From positions 39,132 to 103,131 of the forward strand of contig CAYQLY010000009.1 of the NCBI GenBank assembly GCA_964418605.1: DNA of 64,000 nt, written 5' to 3'. Below the pieces are notes generated by a model, which worked only from the letters and a program-made list of their open reading frames with translations, was not told where the DNA came from and searched no databases. This DNA is from an uncultured Cytophagales bacterium (lineage in GTDB: Bacteria; Bacteroidota; Bacteroidia; Cytophagales; Cyclobacteriaceae). Positions 1 to 6,928 of this stretch are shown piece by piece. The number at the start of each line of letters is the position of its first letter. The first letter of the stretch is position 1. A program made the translations under genes and the position numbers.

Positions 1-138
1 TTTAAAAAAATAAAATCAACGACATCTACTGACATCCTAAGAAAGAGAATAAGAGTGCCAAACTATCAAAAACTAAGTTTATTAATAGCTTCTTTTTTTA
101 AATACAGATTACGTACCATATAACTTAAACTATAAACG

Positions 139-666
139 ATGCATCATTCACAAGATTACGTTATACTGATTGATCAGCAGGACAATGAAATAGGTAGTAT
201 GGAAAAAATACAAGCACATCAACAAGGCAAACTTCATCGTGCTTTTTCTATATTTATTTTTAATTCAAAAAAAGAACTTCTTATACAAAAACGAGCTGAC
301 AACAAATACCACTCTGGCGGATTGTGGAGTAATACATGCTGTGGCCACCCACGACCAGGCGAACTTACAGAAAATGCTGCACAACGTAGACTACAAGAAG
401 AAATAGGAATAACATGCCAACTCCATTATTTATTTCCATTTACTTATTTTGTTAAATTTGATAATAATTTAATAGAAAATGAACTTGATCACATATTCAC
501 AGGCATAACAGATAAAACACCACTAATTAATCCAAATGAAATTAGCGATTTTAAATACATGACCATGGCAGCTATTAGTAATGAATTAGAAAAAACACCC
601 ACCAGCTACACCGTATGGTTTAAACTTATTTTTAATCAACTACAAAAAACTATTTATCAATTATGA
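139..666 (+). CDS. idi: Isopentenyl-diphosphate delta-isomerase, type 1 (Nudix family)
   Basis: 175-aa ORF. IDI-1-like sequence 'HRAFSIFIFN...LIQKRA..K..SGGLWSNTCCGHP' and a Nudix-like 'E.A.RRL.EE.GI' box. Stop overlaps the crtZ start. Confidence 0.85.
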   Translation: MHHSQDYVILIDQQDNEIGSMEKIQAHQQGKLHRAFSIFIFNSKKELLIQKRADNKYHSGGLWSNTCCGHPRPGELTENAAQRRLQEEIGITCQLHYLFPFTYFVKFDNNLIENELDHIFTGITDKTPLINPNEISDFKYMTMAAISNELEKTPTSYTVWFKLIFNQLQKTIYQL

Positions 667-1127
667 TTGCATCTATAATTATTACATGTTTAAGTTTTGG
701 AGCTATGGAGTCGGTAGCTTGGCTGGCGCATAAATACGTTATGCATGGATTATTATGGAATTTACACGAAGATCATCACAAGAAAGATGTTACGTCTTTC
801 TTTGAAAAAAACGACTACTTCTTTTTATTATTTGCAACACCAGGCATAATTTGTTTAGGCTTAGGAGGCTTTATACCTTCTATTCACTTCTTATTTTATA
901 TTGGACTAGGTATTACGTTATATGGGTTTGCTTATTTTTTAGTTCACGATATTTTTATTCATCAACGTTTTAATTTATTTAAACGAACAGACAATGTTTA
1001 TTTTAGAGCCATTCGCAAAGCACATAAAATGCATCATAAACATTTAGAAAAAGAAGATGGTGAATGCTTTGGTATGCTACTTGTTCCATTCAAATATTTT
1101 AAAGAAGAAATGAAAAAAAATAAATAA
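663..1127 (+). CDS. crtZ: Beta-carotene hydroxylase (fatty-acid hydroxylase superfamily)
   Basis: 154-aa membrane ORF with CrtZ histidine boxes 'HEDHH', 'HDIFIHQR' and 'HKMHHKH'. Overlaps idi by 4 nt. Confidence 0.8.
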   Translation: MIASIIITCLSFGAMESVAWLAHKYVMHGLLWNLHEDHHKKDVTSFFEKNDYFFLLFATPGIICLGLGGFIPSIHFLFYIGLGITLYGFAYFLVHDIFIHQRFNLFKRTDNVYFRAIRKAHKMHHKHLEKEDGECFGMLLVPFKYFKEEMKKNK

Positions 1128-1129
1128 GG

Positions 1130-1819
1130 ATGGAAAAATATACTTATCTCCTTGTTGATTTTTTTTGCATTATTATTCCTTTCATTTTTTCTTTTCATCC
1201 AAAACTAAAATTTATAAAACAGTGGCGGCATTTTGCTATCCCCTGTTTAGCAACGGCTTCCTTTTTTTTAATTTGGGATATTTTATTCACCTGTCATGGG
1301 GTTTGGAGTTTTAATTCTAAAAAAGTAATTGGTATTTATTTTTTTAATCTCCCAGTAGAAGAACTATTATTTTTTATATGTATTCCATACGCATGCCTAT
1401 TCACTTATCACGCTATTAGTTTATTTGTGAAAATAAAATATTATACAAAACCAACCTCTATTTTTTCTATCTTTTTAATTCTATGTTTAGTACTAACAGC
1501 AGTACTTCATATAAAGCAGCTCTACACTTCAGTTACTTTTTTTTTATTAGCCATAATGTTTATTTTTATTTTATTTAAGAAAGTAAATTGGCTAACTCAT
1601 TTTTATTTTTCATTTCTACTCATTCTAATTCCATTTTTCATTTCAAATGGAGTTCTCACAGGCAGTTGGATAGATGCCCCTGTTGTGATCTATAACGACA
1701 GGTATAATTTAGGCATACGCTTATTAACCATCCCCTTGGAGGATATTTTTTATGGCATGTTATTATTCCTAATGAACGTTAATGGATTTGAATTTTCTAA
1801 AAGAAAATTTATTTTGTAA
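1130..1819 (+). CDS. Lycopene cyclase domain protein (fused CrtYc/Yd-type)
   Basis: 229-aa polytopic membrane ORF with two PxE(E/D) motifs ('LPVEELLFF', 'IPLEDIFYG') typical of heterodimeric-type lycopene cyclases. Carotenoid gene context. Confidence 0.65.
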   Translation: MEKYTYLLVDFFCIIIPFIFSFHPKLKFIKQWRHFAIPCLATASFFLIWDILFTCHGVWSFNSKKVIGIYFFNLPVEELLFFICIPYACLFTYHAISLFVKIKYYTKPTSIFSIFLILCLVLTAVLHIKQLYTSVTFFLLAIMFIFILFKKVNWLTHFYFSFLLILIPFFISNGVLTGSWIDAPVVIYNDRYNLGIRLLTIPLEDIFYGMLLFLMNVNGFEFSKRKFIL

Positions 1820-2180
1820 GAAATACACCTAAAAAGGTAGCAGCAATACCTAAAATTACACTTAATATGATATATAAAAAAAGTACACTATAATTTTCTG
1901 ACTTTAACAATAGTATACTTTCATATGAAAAAGCTGAAAAGGTAGTATACCCTCCACAAATGCCTGTTGCTAAAAACAAGCGCGACTCAGAGCTAAGCCA
2001 ATTGCCCTTTTCAGAAAATCCATAGATTAAGCCGATACACAAACAACCTAAAATGTTAACAAAAAATGTACCAAGAGGATAAACACCTGTATTGTACTTA
2101 GAGATGACTTGTTGCGTTAAATAACGAGCTACACTTCCAATAAATCCACCAGAACCTACTACTAAAACTATTCTATACAT
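1809..2180 (-). CDS. crcB: Fluoride ion channel CrcB/FluC
   Basis: 123-aa ORF 'VVGSGGFIGSVARY...GGYTTFSAFSYE', four TM segments. Its 3' end overlaps the convergent cyclase gene by 11 nt. Confidence 0.85.
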   Translation of the reverse strand: MYRIVLVVGSGGFIGSVARYLTQQVISKYNTGVYPLGTFFVNILGCLCIGLIYGFSEKGNWLSSESRLFLATGICGGYTTFSAFSYESILLLKSENYSVLFLYIILSVILGIAATFLGVFLTK

Positions 2181-2190
2181 GGTTATGTAG

Positions 2191-2279
2191 CGGAGAAAGG
2201 GGGATTCGAACCCCCGGTACGGTTTGACCCGTACGGCGGTTTAGCAAACCGCTGGTTTAAGCCACTCACCCATCTCTCC
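2191..2279 (-). tRNA. tRNA-Ser (anticodon GCU), long variable arm, CCA not encoded
   Basis: Minus-strand read GGAGAGATGGGTGAGTGGCTTAAACCAGCGGTTTGCTAAACCGCCGTACGGGTCAAACCGTACCGGGGGTTCGAATCCCCCTTTCTCCG. It folds by eye into a cloverleaf with a 7-bp acceptor stem, anticodon loop TTGCTAA, a long extra arm and a GGTTCGAATCC T-loop. Confidence 0.85.
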
Positions 2280-2398
2280 GAGACTTGATTTAAAATGAGT
2301 GCAAATATACTACTATTTTTTCAATGATTTACTATACTTAAACTTCTAGCCTTTATTCAAAAAAAATCTTTAAATTTAGTCCTAACTTAATTGTAAAA

Positions 2399-3382
2399 AT
2401 GTACGGCGGAGGTAATTTATTTGAAGCACTCACAAATGATCTTGAAAATGAAGACCAGCATGAATTAGCACTATTTGAGGCACGCATCCAGCGAGGTGAA
2501 AAAATAGAGCCAAAAGACTGGATGCCAGCACTTTACCGAAAGCAACTTATACGCATGATTGAACAACATGCGCACTCTGAAATCATTGGAGCCTTGCCTG
2601 AGGGAACCTGGATTACCAGAGCTCCGGGATTCAAACGAAAACTAGCCCTCATGGCAAAAGTTCAAGATGAGGTAGGTCATGCCCAATTACTCTACAGCGC
2701 AGCTGAAACATTGGGGAAATCGCGCGAGCAAATGATTACGGATCTTATCAATGGAAAATCAAAATATTCTAATGTATTTAACTATCCTGCTTTTACATGG
2801 GCTGATTCAACTGTGATCTCATGGTTGGTAGATGCCGGAGCTATTGTCAATCAATTAGCTAATTCAAAAGGAAGCTATGGGCCTTATTGCCGAGCACTGG
2901 AACGTATTTGCGCAGAAGAGTCTTTTCATTTAAAATATGGGCATGATGCGGTTACTTATTTAGCTACAGGCACTCCTACTCAACGTCAAATGATTCAAGA
3001 AGCTCTTACACGATGGTGGCCTCCTATCATGCATTTCTTTGGTCCTCCAGATAAACTTTCTGTTCATACGGAAATTCTAGTGAAATGGAAAGTAAAAATG
3101 GCAACAAATGATGAATGCCGTCAGCAGTTTTTGGATATGTATGTTCCTAAAATTTGGGAATTAGGGCTTACTGTGCCTGATCCTAACTTGAAAAAAAATC
3201 CAGAAACAAACCAATGGGAATACACTGAACCTGATTGGGAGGAATTTAAACGTGTCATTAATGGAGGTGGACCTTGTAATAAAGAACGGTTAGCTGTCCG
3301 ACAAACAGCAGAAGAACGAGGAAAATGGGTGCGACAAGCATTAGCCAATCCAAAAGCAACCTACATTACACCTTTGGCTTAA
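2399..3382 (+). CDS. paaA: 1,2-phenylacetyl-CoA epoxidase subunit A (diiron)
   Basis: 327-aa ORF with ferritin-like diiron motifs '[10 protein letters not shown]' and '[11 protein letters not shown]...EESFHLKYG'. Confidence 0.85.
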   Translation: MYGGGNLFEALTNDLENEDQHELALFEARIQRGEKIEPKDWMPALYRKQLIRMIEQHAHSEIIGALPEGTWITRAPGFKRKLALMAKVQDEVGHAQLLYSAAETLGKSREQMITDLINGKSKYSNVFNYPAFTWADSTVISWLVDAGAIVNQLANSKGSYGPYCRALERICAEESFHLKYGHDAVTYLATGTPTQRQMIQEALTRWWPPIMHFFGPPDKLSVHTEILVKWKVKMATNDECRQQFLDMYVPKIWELGLTVPDPNLKKNPETNQWEYTEPDWEEFKRVINGGGPCNKERLAVRQTAEERGKWVRQALANPKATYITPLA

Positions 3383-3388
3383 TTTTAA

Positions 3389-3979
3389 TTGAAGAAAACT
3401 ATTAAAAATTCTAAACTCATATTCATTTATTTTTTTTCAATTTGTATCTCCATGTTTTCTTGTAAAATTTCTGTTACTGATATTAAAAAAGAAAAAAAAT
3501 TAACTAAGGCAAATTTAGTTTCTCCAGATGTTTTTTTAGAAAAACGCATGGAAAATACAATTAAAAAAATGCTCGGTTTCAATTGGGAGATATTGATTGT
3601 AAAAGATAGATATGTATATTGGGGGTATCCTACTGCTAGCCTTTTCTCTTCTTCTTATAAAATCAAAAAGAAACATTTTTTTAAAACCTCTCTCCAAGAG
3701 TTACAAGCTGATTTGCCTGATTATGAGAAATTAGATGGGATTTATATTTTCAAGATAATTAGAGAAAAAATTACAAAAGAATTAGGTCCTAAATTAGAAA
3801 ACTATACTCTAGGAGATGTTGGAAAAAAATATAAAAATGTTTTATTAAATAAAGAGAAACAAGAAATAATAATTACAATGGCTATTACTTGGGGGAAATC
3901 ATGGGAAAATAAAAATGAATTACTAATCATTCTCAATTCAAAAAATATAGATGAAATAAAAGAAATAAAAATTCAATAG
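3389..3979 (+). CDS. Hypothetical lipoprotein (ORFan-like, AT-rich)
   Basis: 196-aa ORF with a TTG start 7 nt after the paaA stop. Signal peptide with lipobox-like 'SMFSC'. K/I/N-rich, no recognisable family. Confidence 0.45.
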   Translation: MKKTIKNSKLIFIYFFSICISMFSCKISVTDIKKEKKLTKANLVSPDVFLEKRMENTIKKMLGFNWEILIVKDRYVYWGYPTASLFSSSYKIKKKHFFKTSLQELQADLPDYEKLDGIYIFKIIREKITKELGPKLENYTLGDVGKKYKNVLLNKEKQEIIITMAITWGKSWENKNELLIILNSKNIDEIKEIKIQ

Positions 3980-3981
3980 GC

Positions 3982-4224
3982 ATGGGGAATTGGGGTGCCT
4001 TTTTTCAAAAAAAAAAAAAAAACAAACAGCTCACCTATATAGATGATGCAAAATATAGCTTTGATACTTTCTTTAGAATGTTATTTACACCTAATGATAT
4101 CGTAGAAAATGGAAGAAACACAGATAAATACATAGACTTTATTACTTTATTTGAAACAAAAAACAAAATAGAATTAGAAAAAAATCAACATTTACCTTTT
4201 GGTTATATTGATTATGCGATTTGA
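3982..4224 (+). CDS. Hypothetical small protein containing an A16 homopolymer in codons 9-15
   Basis: 80-aa ORF. A run at 4007-4022 encodes the K-rich stretch QKKKKN. No family recognised. May be the 5' part of a slippage-dependent gene. Confidence 0.3.
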   Translation: MGNWGAFFQKKKKNKQLTYIDDAKYSFDTFFRMLFTPNDIVENGRNTDKYIDFITLFETKNKIELEKNQHLPFGYIDYAI

Positions 4225-4948
4225 TTGGGATCAGAAAAAAAATTTATTATTCAATGATTACCTTGTTAATTTTAATTCAAAATTCACGTCATTACTTTTA
4301 AAAGATATTCAAAAAGTATGGCCTACTTGGGAAATCACTTATTGCTGGTTTGGGATGAAAGATATATTAGTTCACTTAAATGCCACTAGCGAATCAGATC
4401 AATTTTATCGCGTTTCAAAAATAGATTATTTAGAAACAACTAGATTTGAGAGGAGGCAAGATTACATGAAAGTAACACTAGAATTAGGAAAAGAACTTGA
4501 ATTTGATGAAAATAAAACGTATGATGAAAGTTATTTTATTTATCGAGAAAATAGATATATTGATTTTTTTATAACAATCATAGAATCTGACCAAATCAAA
4601 AATTATGCGGCTACTAGTTACGATATAGTAAGTATAGGAGAAAATATTTTCAACTACATTAAGTTAGAAAATAAATCTATGATTGATCCTCCGTGTTTAA
4701 CAGAAGATGTGGTACTAAATGGAATTATAATTAATAAACAGGAAAAAGAAATAAATAGTTGGTGGAGTCAAAGCAAAGATGGAATTGTTTTAATGGATTT
4801 AATCAAAGCTCATTGGAATGGTTGGACAATTAATCATTTAGAAAAAGGGTTAGAAAGCCATCTAAAGATCATTAATCAATTAGAAAATGAAGAAATAATA
4901 CAACTAACAACGGCATATCAAGATTTTATTAATAAATATAAAAAATGA
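4199..4948 (+). CDS. Hypothetical protein (ORFan-like, AT-rich)
   Basis: 249-aa ORF from TTG 4199. A more likely ATG at 4214 (MRFDWDQKK) overlaps the upstream stop by 11 nt. The stop overlaps the paaB start (ATGA). Confidence 0.45.
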   Translation: MVILIMRFDWDQKKNLLFNDYLVNFNSKFTSLLLKDIQKVWPTWEITYCWFGMKDILVHLNATSESDQFYRVSKIDYLETTRFERRQDYMKVTLELGKELEFDENKTYDESYFIYRENRYIDFFITIIESDQIKNYAATSYDIVSIGENIFNYIKLENKSMIDPPCLTEDVVLNGIIINKQEKEINSWWSQSKDGIVLMDLIKAHWNGWTINHLEKGLESHLKIINQLENEEIIQLTTAYQDFINKYKK

Positions 4949-5574
4949 AACTACAATCACTCGATCCAAGAATTAATCGATTAGGAATTGAAGAACAAGC
5001 AACTGAATTTAATAATTCATCCTTAGATCAAGGAGAAACATACGAAGCATTTGTTCAAGTTAAAGAAGGGAAACCTTATGAACATGTTGGAATTATTCAT
5101 GCGACAAATGAATCTATGGCTATGCTCTTTGCAAAGGAGCAATACAGCAGACGTGGAAATACGTGTACAGGATTATGGGTGGTAAAAACACAACATATCC
5201 AAGTTTCTGAGTATATCGATAACAATCAAAATATATATGATAAGCTACAACAGAACATCACCTCTTATCAAAACTCGAATCCATTTGAATCTTATGAAGT
5301 TTTTCATTTAAAGAAAAGGGGGAAGCAACATATTCATGCAGGCACTGTACAAGCGACGCAATATGAGGACGCATTTCAACAGGCTACTTTTACGTTAAAT
5401 GACAAAACGCCTTTACTTAATGTCTGGATTATACGATCAGCAGATATCTTTCGAACATCCTCTACAGATGGTGATATTTGGGATACATTACCTGAAAAAA
5501 AGTACCGCGAAGCGATGGCATACAAGGCTGGAGATAAATTGAAAAAATTTAAGGAAAATAATTTAAACAAGTAG
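4945..5574 (+). CDS. paaB: 1,2-phenylacetyl-CoA epoxidase subunit B, tandem two-domain form
   Basis: 209-aa ORF with two PaaB-like halves ('YEAFVQVKEGKPYEHVGIIHA...LWVV' and 'YEVFHLKKRGKQHIHAGTVQA...VWII'). Confidence 0.7.
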   Translation: MKLQSLDPRINRLGIEEQATEFNNSSLDQGETYEAFVQVKEGKPYEHVGIIHATNESMAMLFAKEQYSRRGNTCTGLWVVKTQHIQVSEYIDNNQNIYDKLQQNITSYQNSNPFESYEVFHLKKRGKQHIHAGTVQATQYEDAFQQATFTLNDKTPLLNVWIIRSADIFRTSSTDGDIWDTLPEKKYREAMAYKAGDKLKKFKENNLNK

Positions 5575-5577
5575 AAA

Positions 5578-6333
5578 ATGAATACTAGTGCAATCAAAGA
5601 ACTCCTCTACAAAATAGCCGATGACCAACTGATCATCGGGCATCGTAATTCCGAATGGACAGGCATCGGACCTTTATTGGAAGAAGATATTGCTTTCTCA
5701 TCTATGGCTCAGGATAAAGTGGGGCAAAGCCAGGCTTTTTATAAACTACTGCATGACTTAGGAGAATCAGAACCTGACACGGTGGCCTTTACCCGAAATG
5801 CAGAACAATTTCATTGTTGTCAGTTTGTAGAGTTACCCATTGGTGAATATGAGTTTAGCTTGATTCGTCATTTTTTATTTGATCATGCTGAACTGATTCG
5901 ATTTGAATTATTAACTCAATCGTCATACAAGCCCTTAGCTCAACTAGCTCAAAAAATAAAAGGAGAAATTAAATACCATATGATGCATGCCAACGAATGG
6001 ATCAAGCAATTAGGTAATGCAACAGAAGAAAGCATTGCACGTATGCAACAAGCATTAGATCAAGCTTTGCCTTATGCATTGGGAATATTTGAACCTTCTC
6101 CTTATGAAAAGGAATTGATTCAAGAACAACTATTCCAAGGAGAAAAAAAATTACAAGAGCAATGGGTTAAAAATATTAGTTCAATTATTCAACTTACTCA
6201 ACTAAAACTGATTAATTTCGATATACTAAAACCAATATATGGGGGCCGACTAGGAAAACATACTACACACCTACAACCTTTACTAGATGAGATGACTGAG
6301 GTTTTCCGAATTGACCCGAGTGCAGAATGGTAA
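5578..6333 (+). CDS. paaC: 1,2-phenylacetyl-CoA epoxidase subunit C
   Basis: 251-aa ORF with 'DDQLIIGHRNSEWTGIGPLLEEDIAFSSMAQDKVGQ', typical of PaaC/PaaI. Confidence 0.75.
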   Translation: MNTSAIKELLYKIADDQLIIGHRNSEWTGIGPLLEEDIAFSSMAQDKVGQSQAFYKLLHDLGESEPDTVAFTRNAEQFHCCQFVELPIGEYEFSLIRHFLFDHAELIRFELLTQSSYKPLAQLAQKIKGEIKYHMMHANEWIKQLGNATEESIARMQQALDQALPYALGIFEPSPYEKELIQEQLFQGEKKLQEQWVKNISSIIQLTQLKLINFDILKPIYGGRLGKHTTHLQPLLDEMTEVFRIDPSAEW

Positions 6334-6430
6334 AAAATAATTATTAAACTAAAATAAACTTTTATCTTATATTTTTTATAACCAATAAACTAAGTTTATA
6401 CTCTCTTAATGACAATAGAACAAAAACTAT

Positions 6431-6853
6431 ATGAAATACTACCACATTATTCTGATCATTATTGGATTCATTGTTTTCTTTTGTGCACTTTGGATCTTTA
6501 TTACTTTTTTAATTTCACGTACGGGAAGTTGGCATCAATTAAGTAAAACATATACTACATCGTATATCCCTCCAAAAGAAAAAATAATAAAAAGGCAATT
6601 AGGTAAAATAGGCATTGCTCGTTATAAGTTTAGTTTAACTATTGCTTTTACAGACCAAGGGCTTTATTTATCCGTAAATAAAGCATTTCGACTATTTCAT
6701 CCACCATTACTTATACCTTGGAATAAAATAAAAAATCCAAGAAAGTCAGCTGATATTCCTTACCGTTATGTAGTGGTGGATGTAAATGGCATAAAAGTAT
6801 CACTAGCTGAAAAACACTACGATTTGATTATGAAATACTTATCTATAAAGTAA
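6431..6853 (+). CDS. Hypothetical membrane-anchored protein
   Basis: 140-aa ORF with one N-terminal TM helix. No family recognised. Confidence 0.4.
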   Translation: MKYYHIILIIIGFIVFFCALWIFITFLISRTGSWHQLSKTYTTSYIPPKEKIIKRQLGKIGIARYKFSLTIAFTDQGLYLSVNKAFRLFHPPLLIPWNKIKNPRKSADIPYRYVVVDVNGIKVSLAEKHYDLIMKYLSIK

Positions 6854-6867
6854 ACTATAGCTAAAAA

Positions 6868-6904
6868 GAAAAAAGAGGGTTATATTCATTAACCCTCTTT
6901 TTTA
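6868..6904. terminator. Bidirectional intrinsic terminator between convergent genes
   Basis: AGAGGGTTA (6874-6882), 7-nt loop, TAACCCTCT (6890-6898), flanked by an A-run and a T-run. Confidence 0.6.
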
Positions 6905-6928
6905 AATAAGTAATTATTACAATACTAT

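Noticed and set aside
2181-2398. Fluoride riboswitch for crcB
   Set aside because: The space upstream of crcB is occupied by tRNA-Ser, and the region beyond it lacks the conserved crcB-motif core. The absence is reported as a finding instead.
3121-3348. Other shadow ORFs inside confident genes (3121..3348 in paaA, 5376..5597 in paaB, 9046..9333 in paaD, 27877..30453 set in paralogue A, 40555..42270 set in paralogue B, 37241..37868 in M23, 47496..48740 in fadD, 50141..51790 in groEL, 56179..56571 in the permease, 60922..62429 in alaS)
   Set aside because: Same reasoning. The opposite-strand or in-frame gene has clear family motifs and these ORFs have none.
3982-4948. Calling 3982..4224 plus 4199..4948 a single frameshifted pseudogene
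   Set aside because: This is plausible but not demonstrable. An ATG at 4214 overlapping the upstream stop is equally consistent with two coupled genes, and neither part has homologues I can recognise. They are kept as separate low-confidence ORFs and the A16 tract is flagged.
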